From an uncultured Gemmatimonadaceae bacterium (lineage in GTDB: Bacteria; Gemmatimonadota; Gemmatimonadetes; Gemmatimonadales; Gemmatimonadaceae): DNA of 34,123 bases. The translations under genes were made by a program, and so were the position numbers. Below, in pieces: positions 9,019-19,252 of this stretch. The notes under the pieces were generated by a model. It had not been told where the DNA came from. It worked only from the letters and a program-made list of their open reading frames with translations, and ran no database searches. The stretch covers positions 1 to 34,123 of the forward strand of contig CAWGJO010000019.1 of the NCBI GenBank assembly GCA_963822945.1, written 5' to 3'. Numbering within the stretch: the first letter of the stretch is position 1; each line of letters begins with the position of its first letter.

Positions 9019-9267
9019 AACCTCACCATGCGCCACGAGCCCGACGCCGGAAAGTGTGTGAGATTAGAAAATGATGAAGCTGGTGTTACGATGCTGTGAG
9101 GGCTGCTCAGCCTGGGCTTCCGGTGTCCCATCCAACGCGCCGACTATCCTGATGGGAACTCGCCCAAAGTGGTATCGACCACGTCCATCTCGTGCGCATT
9201 CCAGTAGGTCGCCGCAACCCGCCAACGACACTCACTACGCCATCCGCCGTCGACGGTCCGGCCGAGG

Positions 9268-9330
9268 TTCGCGCGCTCGAAAGCTCCTGACCTCCCGCGC
9301 GAACGCCACGTTCGATCGGTACCTGTCCTG
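9268..9330 (-). pseudogene. queG: queG 3' fragment, copy B (short, decayed)
   Basis: Minus strand SQDRYRSNVAFAREVRSFRARE; shares ACCTCCCGCGCGA with copies A and C. Confidence 0.6.
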
Positions 9331-9385
9331 GGAGACGTGCCGACAAAACTGTATTGCGATCGCGTTGGATACGGGACGGCGAACT
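9316..9385. repeat. att-like site copy 2
   Basis: TCGGTAC-CTGTCCTGGGAGAC-GTGCCGA then CAAAACTGTATTGCGATCGCGTTGGATACGGGACGGCGAA. Confidence 0.85.
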
Positions 9386-9441
9386 CGCTTAGGGACGCCG
9401 GGCGAGCAGAGCTGAGGCCCTCAAACGCCGTGGCCTTGGAC

Positions 9442-10239
9442 TCAGTCCGATCTGGTGATCCCGTCGTCGAGGCGATCGCCGCGAAGCTGCTCTGCGGAAA
9501 TTCCCGGAGCGTCGCCCGGCGGGGCCGCGGGCGCGTTGCCTGCTATGGCCTCACGCAACTCAGCTTCTTCGCTCTCGACGCGACGCCGGCCTATCCAGGT
9601 GATGAGGTGGACCAGCCAATTCGGGAGCTTATGTGCCTGTGCACTCTCAACTTGATGATCGAGCAGTGCCTTAGGGGTCCACCATTGGCGGTCCAACCCG
9701 CGAATCTCAGATTCCGCGAGTGCTTCCCCGCCGGGCAGCCGCCGCGCGAAGGCCACTTCCTGAGCCACACAGGCATTCTCGATGCGATCCCGCATGGCGG
9801 GTGCGTAGGGAATGCCGAACGCGTGAATGCGCCCGTGCGTTGCCTCATGGATGATGACCATGGCCGTAGTTGGCGCCGAGCAGCTCAGAACCGTGGGCCA
9901 TCCTAGCCAGATCTGGCGGGATGCCGGCTCGTAGTGGTTGATACGTCCCAAGTGGCCGTAGATCGCGCGTACATCCCGTTGAATCCGAGTTAGACGGCGT
10001 GGCTCATACTGGGCTATGTAACCAAGCGCACGCCGAATCCGCGCGGTGAACAGGGCCTCCATCCCAGGTTCCACCGTACCCGAGGCGACCGTGACGCCGC
10101 AAACCTGCTCGCGTTCGGTGAGCCGCAGTAGCAGGTTTGGAAGCAACGCGGCGATGCGCGCGCGGAGAGACCGCGGCGCGCGTCTCAGTCCGCGCTTCCT
10201 GTTATGTCCTCGAATTGCTCCACGTCTCATACCGATCAC
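9442..10239 (-). CDS. Hypothetical protein with an HEXXH zinc-metallopeptidase motif (start uncertain)
   Basis: VIIHEATHGRIH followed by RDRIENACVAQE. Confidence 0.65.
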   Translation of the reverse strand: MIGMRRGAIRGHNRKRGLRRAPRSLRARIAALLPNLLLRLTEREQVCGVTVASGTVEPGMEALFTARIRRALGYIAQYEPRRLTRIQRDVRAIYGHLGRINHYEPASRQIWLGWPTVLSCSAPTTAMVIIHEATHGRIHAFGIPYAPAMRDRIENACVAQEVAFARRLPGGEALAESEIRGLDRQWWTPKALLDHQVESAQAHKLPNWLVHLITWIGRRRVESEEAELREAIAGNAPAAPPGDAPGISAEQLRGDRLDDGITRSD

Positions 10240-10260
10240 AGTTTCAGATAGGCGCGACCC

Positions 10261-11103
10261 GTGCTGCTAGAGCGGATTGGCTTCACACCAGAAGAGATAT
10301 ACTACGGCCAGCTATTGTCAGACGGGAGAATTCTCGTTCCGGCCGTCGTCGCGGGCGAGACGGCGTTGTTTCTGCTGTACACGACGCAGCGCCTCGATCT
10401 GACGATTGATCTCGGCTTCGCGAGGAAACGCGACTGGCCCTACGAGCGGCGTACGAATGACTGGGGTCTTTCCCCCCTCACGGATTTCTTTGCCCTGGGC
10501 TCCGCTCGGCAACACGAGACGGTAGTGGTACAGGGCAGCGAGGAGGATGGCGGTGTCGAGTATATCACGGCGGGGCGGCTCGGAACACTCTACGTGAACC
10601 AAGGCGTGATGGCGATTGATCCGGTCGCCGCGGCAGTTGGGGTGGCGAGAAGCCTGGAGCCGCCCGTGCTACGAGGTGCGGGCGGCGTGTGCGTCGATCT
10701 CGTCGCCGGAACCCTGGATCGTTTGCCAGTGACGGCCAATCTGAGGGACAAGTCAGCCCCTGTCGGTGCTCCACGATTCATGCTTCACACCGGCCGAGAT
10801 CTTTCGGTGATATCCCTCGACTACATCGAGCGGTCGTGGGGCAGCGCCCGCCGCCGGAAAGAGGCTCGACGGGCCCACGAACGCTCGCGTCCGGTTCGCG
10901 TGTGGCTGCGACTGCCCGACGATACGACGGTGGACATGGAAATGCTCGTGGGCAACCTGATCGAACCCGACTACGTGGATACCCTCGGCTCCGGTATCGA
11001 CGGATACCTGGGCCTCGATTTTCTGTACCGCTGGCTTCCGCTCATCGATTTTCCGAACCATGCCCTCTGGTTGGTGCCACTCGATGCGGACGTTCGGACC
11101 TAA
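10261..11103 (+). CDS. Two-domain retropepsin-like (aspartyl protease fold) protein with degenerate catalytic motifs
   Basis: RFMLHTGRDLSVIS in place of FxxDTG, and C-terminal IDGYLGLDFL...LIDF. The first domain has ILVPAVVAGETALFLLYT and TAGRLG. Confidence 0.6.
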   Translation: MLLERIGFTPEEIYYGQLLSDGRILVPAVVAGETALFLLYTTQRLDLTIDLGFARKRDWPYERRTNDWGLSPLTDFFALGSARQHETVVVQGSEEDGGVEYITAGRLGTLYVNQGVMAIDPVAAAVGVARSLEPPVLRGAGGVCVDLVAGTLDRLPVTANLRDKSAPVGAPRFMLHTGRDLSVISLDYIERSWGSARRRKEARRAHERSRPVRVWLRLPDDTTVDMEMLVGNLIEPDYVDTLGSGIDGYLGLDFLYRWLPLIDFPNHALWLVPLDADVRT

Positions 11104-11108
11104 TCGGC

Positions 11109-11200
11109 GTCGGCACGCGGCCTGGAAGGTGTGCCGACAAAACTGTATTGAGATTCCGTTGGGCACCGGTCAACGGACTCTCAGCAAGGCAACGAGTTAG
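11109..11200. repeat. att-like site copy 3 (no queG fragment retained)
   Basis: GTCGGCAC-N14-GTGCCGAC (11109-11138) then AAAACTGTATTGAGATTCCGTTGGG...GAGTTAG. Confidence 0.85.
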
Positions 11201-11233
11201 AAGGGACTCCTCGCCCGGCGGGGTCGGCCGGTA

Positions 11234-11890
11234 TCAATCGCCACTTGCCTTTGCGCGACTGCGGCGAACGGCGCGTGCGCGTAACATCGCGCCGAGCACC
11301 GTCGCCCCCAGGATCACGCTGCTGTTGACGGCCTGCATGCCGACCGCCGCCAACCGGACCGTTCCGTGACCGGAGAGGGTGACAACTCCTGACACCAGCA
11401 GCGGAGTGCAGACCCACACGACGCCGAATGCGAGCCCGCTCAGGAGCGGAGTCCCGTCGCCGAGATAAGCGGCGATCACGCCACCCAGGGTTGCGTTGGG
11501 GATCCCGATTACCACGAAAACCAGAAGTCGCGCGAGCCCGTGCAACTCACCGATCGAATGGCCTAGCGCGAATCCGAAGGATCGTAAGATACTGGCCGTC
11601 ATCGCCATGACGAACACATCGAGCACCAGCAAGAACGTGAGCGATGAGAAGGCGATCGATGCGAGCCTGACGGCATCGCTGACCGTTAGACCGGACACCC
11701 ACGTGCGTAGCACGTGAGGGGTGGACCGCACCAGTTCCCGGTAGTACCAAAACCGAGCGGCGCGTACGCCGTGGCGGCGTGCCCGATCGGCAAACTCCTC
11801 CGCGAAGTCGCCGACGATGTCCTCGCGGAACGCGGTCTCCTCGGCGAGCGCGTCGAGGAACATTTCGGCGGTGCGTGGCGGCGCAATCAC
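11234..11890 (-). CDS. PadR-associated membrane protein (permease-prefix-like N-terminus, about 4 TM helices)
   Basis: PPRTAEMFL...EDIVGDFAEEF...GVRAARFWYYRELVRS followed by hydrophobic helices; GTGA overlap with the padR stop. Confidence 0.8.
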   Translation of the reverse strand: MIAPPRTAEMFLDALAEETAFREDIVGDFAEEFADRARRHGVRAARFWYYRELVRSTPHVLRTWVSGLTVSDAVRLASIAFSSLTFLLVLDVFVMAMTASILRSFGFALGHSIGELHGLARLLVFVVIGIPNATLGGVIAAYLGDGTPLLSGLAFGVVWVCTPLLVSGVVTLSGHGTVRLAAVGMQAVNSSVILGATVLGAMLRARAVRRSRAKASGD

Positions 11891-12222
11891 GCTCCCTCCG
11901 GGACAATGGGTGTGCCGACCCCCGCCCAAATCGAGGCGGATATCCGTTCGGCGTTGCAGATGGCCTTCCGTCCGGCTCCCGTGACGGCGAAAAGCCGCCG
12001 GGATCGCCCGCCGCGCACCGGCAGCGGGTCCGACGTTCGGGAAGTGAGGAACCCCTTCTCCTCCAACCGCTGCAGGGTCGTGTAGGTGGCCCCGACGGAA
12101 TGGTCGCGTTGCGTGCGGGCAGACAGGTCGCGGCGGATAGCTAGGCCGTAGGCGCCGTCGCCAAGGCGGACGACGGAGAGGAGGACCGCGAGTTCCAGCG
12201 ATCCGAGGGAGGGCGCACTCAT
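11887..12222 (-). CDS. PadR-family transcriptional regulator
   Basis: LGSLELAVLL...AYGLAI...GATYTTLQRLEEKGFL...RGGRSRRLFAVTGAG winged helix. Confidence 0.92.
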   Translation of the reverse strand: MSAPSLGSLELAVLLSVVRLGDGAYGLAIRRDLSARTQRDHSVGATYTTLQRLEEKGFLTSRTSDPLPVRGGRSRRLFAVTGAGRKAICNAERISASIWAGVGTPIVPEGA

Positions 12223-12224
12223 GA

Positions 12225-12239
12225 TTCTATATTGTAGAA
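12225..12239. promoter_or_regulatory. Palindromic operator / -10 region directly upstream of the padR start
   Basis: TTCTA-TATTG-TAGAA inverted repeat 3 nt from the ATG; the minus strand contains TACAAT. Confidence 0.55.
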
Positions 12240-12452
12240 CAAATCAAATGGGCGCAAGGGGGCGAAGGTCGTCGAATGCACGCGGGCGGGACATCCGGCG
12301 TGGGACGCCGAATGCTGCAATCGGTCAGGCGTCGCGCGCCTATTCCATTGAATAGACCTCGCCGTGGACCGCGCGCAGTACCTGCCCGGCCGCTCCATCG
12401 GCCGACCGACGTACGGGGGGCGCACAGCCGGCCGGTTGGTCTGCGACGCGGC

Positions 12453-12872
12453 TCACCTGCTGGAACTGCCGCTGGCGAAGACAACATCGGCACCGGCCCC
12501 TTCGCCGCCTAGCTTGCCGTCCGCCCCATCTGACCACAGTCGGTAGGAGTCCGCCGCGCGCCGATATTCATACGCGCGGCCCCAAGGGTCGAGCGGCATC
12601 CTGCCCGTGACATACGGGCCGTACCAAGCGCTATCCGACGGTGCGAGGTTCGGCTGTTGGGTGAGGGCGCCGAGCCCCTCGGTTGTCGTGGGGTAGCGCC
12701 CCACGTCGTGGCGGTAGGTCTCGAGTGCGGCCGCGATCTCCTCCATGTCGGACTGCGCCGTCGCCGCCGGATGGCGAATCGGCCGATACCACTGGGGGCG
12801 CACGACGCTGACGGCGAGCGCCGCGAGCACGAGCAGGAGCGCGACCCCGATGGCGCGATCAACGGCTGTCAT
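12453..12872 (-). CDS. gspG: Type II secretion major pseudopilin GspG-like protein (orphan)
   Basis: ALETYRHDVGRYPTTTEGLGAL, WYGPY, DPWGRAYEY and SDGADGKLGGEG motifs; N-terminal TM helix without a GFTLIE prepilin site. Confidence 0.8.
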   Translation of the reverse strand: MTAVDRAIGVALLLVLAALAVSVVRPQWYRPIRHPAATAQSDMEEIAAALETYRHDVGRYPTTTEGLGALTQQPNLAPSDSAWYGPYVTGRMPLDPWGRAYEYRRAADSYRLWSDGADGKLGGEGAGADVVFASGSSSR

Positions 12873-13350
12873 CGATCGCAATCGGTCCTCCGTGGCAATC
12901 CGTTGTGCGCCCCACGCCGGGGGGCCAGGAGTAGTTCTCCTGGACGTGCGGCGGGCCGTACCCCGGCGTCCGGCCCGGCGGGCCAATCCATTCCTGCGGA
13001 ATCGAGTCCGGCGGGGGCGCGGTGCGCGCATTGAGCGTGTAGTCGCACCACGTCCACCAGTACCCGAAGTTCCAGAGCCCAGCAAACTCGGTGTTGAGCG
13101 ACGCGGCCTGCTCGCTATCGAGGTGCGCGTAGATGGAGTCGACGTTGTAGGGCGGGCGCCCGAAGTGCTCGGCGTACGCATAGACGGACCGGGACACGAG
13201 GCGGAGGTACATCAGCGACGCCACGCGGTCGGAGACCAGAATGCGGGGTGCATGACGGATGCGACGAATGCGCCAACCCAACACGCCAATGCACGCGACG
13301 AGCGCCCGAGCAACAGCCATCGCCGGATCGCGGAGCCATGGCCAGTCCAT
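12859..13350 (-). CDS. Hypothetical membrane-anchored protein (fused to the permease in the ORF track only through a frameshift)
   Basis: Own RBS (GGAG) and ATG at 13350, just after the true permease stop at 13356; N-terminal hydrophobic segment followed by YAYAEHFGRPP. Confidence 0.55.
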   Translation of the reverse strand: MDWPWLRDPAMAVARALVACIGVLGWRIRRIRHAPRILVSDRVASLMYLRLVSRSVYAYAEHFGRPPYNVDSIYAHLDSEQAASLNTEFAGLWNFGYWWTWCDYTLNARTAPPPDSIPQEWIGPPGRTPGYGPPHVQENYSWPPGVGRTTDCHGGPIAIDDSR

Positions 13351-13355
13351 GTGGT

Positions 13356-16112
13356 CTACTCCGCCCGTAACGCTTCGGTCGGGTTGATGCGAACGCCCGG
13401 CGCGCCGGGATGTACGAGGCAAGCAGAGCGATGACGACGACAAGCCGACCACTCCGGCCAGCGTGGCCGGGTCCGACGGCGCGACGTGGTAGAGCATCCC
13501 GTGCAGCGCATTGGAGGCCGCGAGGGATCCCGCGAGGCCAAGGATCGCGCCGATTATCGCCAAGCGAACGCCATCACCAACGACGAGCCGGCGGATGGCC
13601 GCCCCATCGGCGCCGAGGGCGATGCGCACGCCAATCTCGCGCGTGCGCTGACTCACGGAATAGGCGATCGTCCCATACAGCCCGACGGCGGAGAGCACCA
13701 GCGCCACGATGGCAAAGGCCCCGAAAAGCGCCATGGCGAACTCGCTCGGAGCCATGACGTTATGAATGAACGTGTCGCCAACGGTGATGCGCCGGACGAG
13801 CACCATGGAGTTGACTGCGGCGACGGCGCGCCGCAGCGCCGGAACCATCGCCGCCGGCGGGCCGGTCACGCGGACCAGGTAGCTGATGTCACCGGGCAGG
13901 ACCCGCGGCTGGTAGATGAGCGAGCCTCGCGGCGGACCGACGGTCGGCAACCGCACGTTGGCTGCCGCAGGCAGTTGGACATCGCCCGCCACCCCCACCA
14001 CGACATAGCCGGCCTGCTGGCCCGCCCGCGGGTCCTGTTCGCGGAGCACGGAACCCACGGCGTTCCCGCCTGGCCATAAGAGGTCCGCCGTCCGCCGATC
14101 CACGACGATTTCTTCGGGGGCCCCGGCGGGTTCCTGCACCGCCGTGAGGTGGCCGTCAGCACCGGAGTTGGGCCCCGCCGGCGCGCGACCGGCGAGGATT
14201 GGAATCCCCGCCAAGCGGAAGTAGTTGGGGGTCGCGAAAACTTGTCCGCGCCGGGAGAGCCGACGCACGGCCCCGGTCGAATCGGCCTCGGTCTCGAGAT
14301 GGTCGACCGCGGACCACGGGTCACCAGGCATGGTCCCGACCGCGGCATCGACCACGCCCGGCGTACTCCGAAGTCCACGCAGGATGTCGGCATCCAGCGC
14401 GCTCTTCTGGGCCAGCGACTTGCCGCGCGTGGCGTTTCCCTGCATCACCTCGACCGCCACGAGGCCATGGGGATTGAATCCCAACGGGGCCTGTTGCAGG
14501 GCGACGAACGAGCGGACGAGCAGCCCCGCGCCCGTCAGAAGCACGAGCGACATCGCGATCTCGATGACGATGAATGCGGCGCGCACTCGGCGCAGACCGC
14601 GATCTCCGGACGCCGTGCGTCCGCCACCGCGGAGCACGTCGCCGACCGTTCGTCCACCGGCCAAGAGCGCCGGCGCCGAACCGAAGACGAGTCCGGTGGC
14701 GAGCGAGATGCCGACGCTCCAGAGGAGCGCGGGCATCTCGGGCCGAAGACCCGCCAGACCGTCGAGCGCCGGCGGCCGGAGCGCGATGATGATCCGCAGC
14801 GCGCCCCATGCCAGCCCCACGCCCAGAAGGCCGCCCGCCATGGCAAGGGTCAGACTTTCAGTCAGGATCAGCCGCACGAGCCGCCCGCGCCCGGCGCCCA
14901 GTGCCATGCGCACGGCGAACTCACGTCGCCGGATCCACGCCCGGGACATGAGCAGGCTCGCGACGTTGGCGCAGGCGATGAGCAGGAGCACGCCCACCGC
15001 CATGAAGAGCAGCTTCACCGATTGGACCTCGCCCGGATCGAGCAGGTCCTGTGCACGAAGCGCGCGTACGCAGCAGGCGGGTGCCGAGAAGCCACCGGGT
15101 CGCGCCGGCACCTGCACGCTGGCCGCGATCGACTGCAATTCTCGCGAGCCGACGTCAGCCGAGATGCCCGGCCGCAAGCGCGCGAAGATGTCGGGCTCGC
15201 CCATCGAGTCCAGTTTCGCCGGCAGGAAGATGCTGGCGGAGGCATTGTGCAGACGCGTACCGGGCCATCCAACCGACGCCGGGTCGCCCATCGCCGGCGG
15301 CGTTACGCCAACGATGGTGTACGGCAAGCTGTCCACGCGGATCGTGGAGCCGATCGCGCTCGCGCTGCCGCCGTACCGGGTGCGCCACAGATGGTCGGTG
15401 ATCATCGCGACCGTCGGTGCACCCGTGCCCGCGTCGGCGGTGGTGAAGCCACGCCCGAGTTCGGGACGGATGCCAAGCACATCGAGATAGTTCGGCGTGA
15501 TCCAGGCGTGCACCGTGTCCTGCTCGGCCAGCTCGTGCACGGCCATGGCGTCGACCACTATTCCGGCCAGGGGACCAATCGTGTGTGCCCGGTCCTCCCA
15601 CGCGCGCCGGACGGGGGCGCTGGCGGCGTATCGCGTGCCGTTCTTTCCCTGGATCACCGGCATCACGATCCGATTGCCGTCGGGGTACGGCAGCGGGGCG
15701 ATGAGCAGCCGGTGCACCACGGTGAAGATCGCGGTGTTGGCGCCGATCCCGAGCGCAAGGGTGAGGATGGCCAGCAGCGTGAACGCCGGGCTGCGCCGTG
15801 CATGGCGGCCGGCGAGGCGGAGATCCTGTACCCAGTCCTGAAGCCAGCCGATCGCGCGGTCCAGCAGCGCCCGTCGCTCGTCGACGCGGAGACAGTAGGC
15901 CTGGAGGTCGGCCTCGTCTCCGAGCCGCCGTATTGCCTCTGCTTCGGCGTCCTGCTCGCTCAGTCCACGCGCCCGCAGGTCATCAATGCGCATCTGCAAA
16001 TGGGTCTGCAGCTCGTCATCCAGGTCCCGGCGCATCTCCTGACGGCTCCAGGGGAGCCGGAAGACCGGCGAACGCCGGGCGGCAGCTTGTCCGTGCCGAA
16101 GCGGTGCCTCAC
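13356..16112 (-). CDS. ADOP-type duplicated ABC permease (MacB-PCD/FtsX x2), frameshifts near both ends
   Basis: [67 protein letters not shown]. The C-terminus RINPTEALRAE* is in ORF 13356..13541; the GTG start overlaps the padR stop. Confidence 0.88.
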
Positions 16113-16441
16113 GAGGGCTCCAGCACGCCCGAGACCGCGGCCACGTACCGGTGCCAGGTCGCGAGCTCGGCCTGCAGCGTGCGCCGTCCCTTTGCGGTCA
16201 GCGCGTAGTACTTCGCTCTGCGGTTGTTCTCCGAGATGCCCCAGGTGGCGCTGACGGCACCGGCGGCTTCGAGGCGATGCAACGCCTTGTACAGGGCGGC
16301 ATCGACAATCGCCAGCTCGTCGCCCGAGTGGCGCTCGATCCAGGTCGTGATGCCGTAGCCGTGCATCGGGCCCCAGGAGAGGGTCTTGAGCACGAGCACA
16401 TCGAGCGTGCCGTGGAGGAGGTCGTTGGTCGAGCGGGGCAC
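16109..16441 (-). CDS. PadR-family transcriptional regulator (Acidobacterial type)
   Basis: [24 protein letters not shown]...LYKALHRLE...[25 protein letters not shown] before the GTG. Confidence 0.93.
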   Translation of the reverse strand: MPRSTNDLLHGTLDVLVLKTLSWGPMHGYGITTWIERHSGDELAIVDAALYKALHRLEAAGAVSATWGISENNRRAKYYALTAKGRRTLQAELATWHRYVAAVSGVLEPS

Positions 16442-16622
16442 GAATCCTCCACAAACCAGGTTAGATGAGAAGCTGCCGGTTCTGCCGGGCGGTGTCAAGC
16501 GCTCCACGCAGGGCCGGTCCTCACGCCGCCAATCGCCGAGTGGTAGGTTGGGAGCGCGACCCGTGGGGGCGACGGAGCGACATGGTGTCATCAGGAGCAT
16601 CCATCATGCCGGGAGCGACGTG

Positions 16623-19147
16623 ATGTCTGGTAGCGCCGCGGATTGGCGCCGCTCGCCGAGCGGGCGCGGCGGCGAGCGGAGTCGATCGTGGGTCAGGTTC
16701 GACGGCCTGCGCCAGGACCTCCGCTACGCCGTCCGCGGACTCGCCCGCCGCCCGGGCTTCACGGCCGTCGCCGCGCTCTGCCTCGCCATCGGCATCGGCG
16801 CGAATGCCGCGATGTTCGGCGTGGTGGACGAGTTGCTCCTTCGCCCGCCGGCGGGCGTCCGGGACGCGGGCTCTCTCGCGTGGGTGGGCCTGCAGGTTCG
16901 CGGCTACGATGGACCACAGGCGTTCTCGTATCCGGACTACCTGGACTTCGCGCGCGCCCCGGGGGCGCCGCCGGTTGCGGCCTATACGAGCACGAGCGGA
17001 TCCTTCGGGCGCGGCGCCAACGTCAGACACGTCGGTATCATCGTGGCCACCCATGCGTTCCTGTCCGTGTTGGGCGCCGCGCCCGCCCGCGGCCGGTTCT
17101 TTACCCCTTCCGACGAGCTGCCGGATGCGCCGCGAGTGGTGGTGCTGGGATATGCGTTCTGGCAGAGCGAACTCGGCGGGAGCGCGAGCGTCATCGGACG
17201 GACGGTTCGCGTGGGCACGGTGCCGTATACGGTGGTGGGGATCGCGCCGAAAGCGTTCAACGGAGTCGAGCGCTCGCGCGTGGACCTCTACGTTCCGCCG
17301 GCGTACATGGCGGACGTCCACACGAGGTCGCCGCTCATGTCGCGGTATCGGCACTGGGCCAAGATGCTCGTGCGGCTTCCGGCCGGCATGCCCCGCCGGC
17401 GGCTGGCGGCCGAGTTCACGGCCATCTATCGAGGGGCGGTTCCGGCCGACAGCTTCCGCGCTACGGAGCGGGTAATCGCTTCGGCGCCGGGTGCCATGGC
17501 CACGATGGACCACGCCCAGGTGCAGAACGTCGAGGTGTCGCTCTGGCTGTACGGGGTCGCGGCGGCCGTGCTCCTGATCGCATGTGCGAACGTCGGCGGG
17601 CTGCTGCTCATCCGCGCCACCAGCCGGCGGCGCGAAATCGCCATTCGGCTGGCGATGGGCATCAGCCGGGGGCGCCTCGCGCGGCTGCTCGTGGCCGAGA
17701 GCCTGCTGTTGGCCGCGGTCGGCTGCGCTGGTGGGCTACTGCTTGCGAGCGTCGCGGCGGGCATCCTGCGCGCCACCCTTCTTTCAGGCATCGACCCGGG
17801 CTCGGCATTCGTAGACGGACGCGTACTATCGGTGACGTTGGCGATCACGGTACCGACCGGCCTGGTGTGCGGTCTCACGCCGGTGGCCGTCGCGACCCGG
17901 CCCGATCTCGTCTCGGCACTCAAGTCCGGAGAGCGAGAGGGTCGACGCTCGGGAGGGCGCACGAACAGCGTCCTGCTCGTCGGTCAGGTCGCGCTCACCT
18001 TCCTGTTGCTGATCGGCGCCGCGGCGTTCGTGCGGAGCGTGCAGCACCTCGATGCGATCGACTATGGGCTGGATGCGTCGCACGTACTCCGGGCGCGTCT
18101 CACCGCGCACGCCGATGCGCCGGCGGCCGCAAACCAATACTTCCATGACGTGCTGCGACAGGTGCGAGCGATGCCGGGCGTTCGCCGGGCGGCACTCGCG
18201 AACGGTGGGCCATTTGCTGCTTACGGAGGCGGCCACCTATCCATTCCAGGGCATGCGCCAATCCGCGGTGCGGTCGCACCCCTGGTCTTCAGGACCACAC
18301 CCGGATTCTTCGAAACGCTCGGCATGCAGATCATCCAGGGGCGCACCTTTACCGCAGCCGAAGCCGATGTCGGCGCGCCGGTTGCCGTCGTCACCGACCG
18401 GATGGCGCAGCGCTACTGGCCCACGGGCGGCGCGCTTGGCAAGTGCATCGTGGTGGGCGGCGGCACGATGCCATGCACGACCATCATCGGTGTGGTTCGC
18501 GGCGCACGGCAGGGGAACGACCCCGGCGAACCGTCGCGACCGATGAACCGGAGTCGGCCTACTACCTTCCCTTCACCCGAACGGTGCCGCCGCACTTCGG
18601 GGCTCAGCCGGAAGCGTGGCTCTGGGTGCAGTCCGACGGCGCCGCCGCGCAGCTCGTCCCGGCCGTGCGCCGCATGCTGGAGAAGCTCTCACCGGACGCC
18701 CCGTATCCGGAGGTGGACGCCATCAGCACGGAGTTGGCGGTGAAGTTTCGACCGTGGCGCCTCGGCGCGACCGTCTTCACGATCTTCGGATTCGCCGCGC
18801 TCACGCTGGCGGTCGTCGGACTGTACGGCGTACTCGCATTCCACGTGGCGGAGCGTACGCGCGAGATCGGTGTGAGAATGGCGCTCGGTGCGCAGCGACT
18901 GGACGTGAAGCGGCTGGTGATTGCCCACGGGTTGTGGCTTGCATCGCTTGGCGTGGGCATTGGAGTCGTTGCCTCGATGGGTCTCGCGCCCTTCATTGAT
19001 CCACTGCTCTACAAGACGTCGGCCCGGGGCGCGCTCGTACTTTGCCTGACCGGCGGCGCGTTACTCGGTGTGGCGTTGCTGGCCAGCTTCGTACCTGCGG
19101 TTCGCGCCGCGCGAACCGATCCCATGGAAGCGCTGCGGGAACTCTAG
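16623..19147 (+). CDS. ADOP-type duplicated ABC permease, one frameshift near 18545
   Basis: [53 protein letters not shown]-terminal [13 protein letters not shown]...DPMEALREL in ORF 18443..19147. Confidence 0.88.
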
Positions 19148-19252
19148 CCACGCTGACTCGTGGGCATGCTCCGGCATACGAGTCGTCGCGGGCGTGCGCC
19201 ATTCGAGGTTGGGTGCGTTCGGTCAGTTCGTCGGGAGCCGACGGTCCTGAAC

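Noticed and set aside
12859..16035. 1058-aa permease with a novel C-terminal extension
   Set aside because: Artefact of a frameshift near 13440: the canonical permease end (RINPTEALRAE*) is in another frame at 13356, and the extension has its own RBS and ATG.
14149..16254. Long antisense or alternative-frame ORFs (also 29101..31209, 19160..20641, 23753..25078, 16643..18148, 6584..7822)
   Set aside because: Shadow ORFs of real high-GC genes; Arg/Pro/Gly-rich with no motifs.
19160..19215. GGGCATGCTCCGGCATACG as another att copy
   Set aside because: No 14-bp-spaced GTGCCG half-site and no convincing arm; similarity is at chance level.
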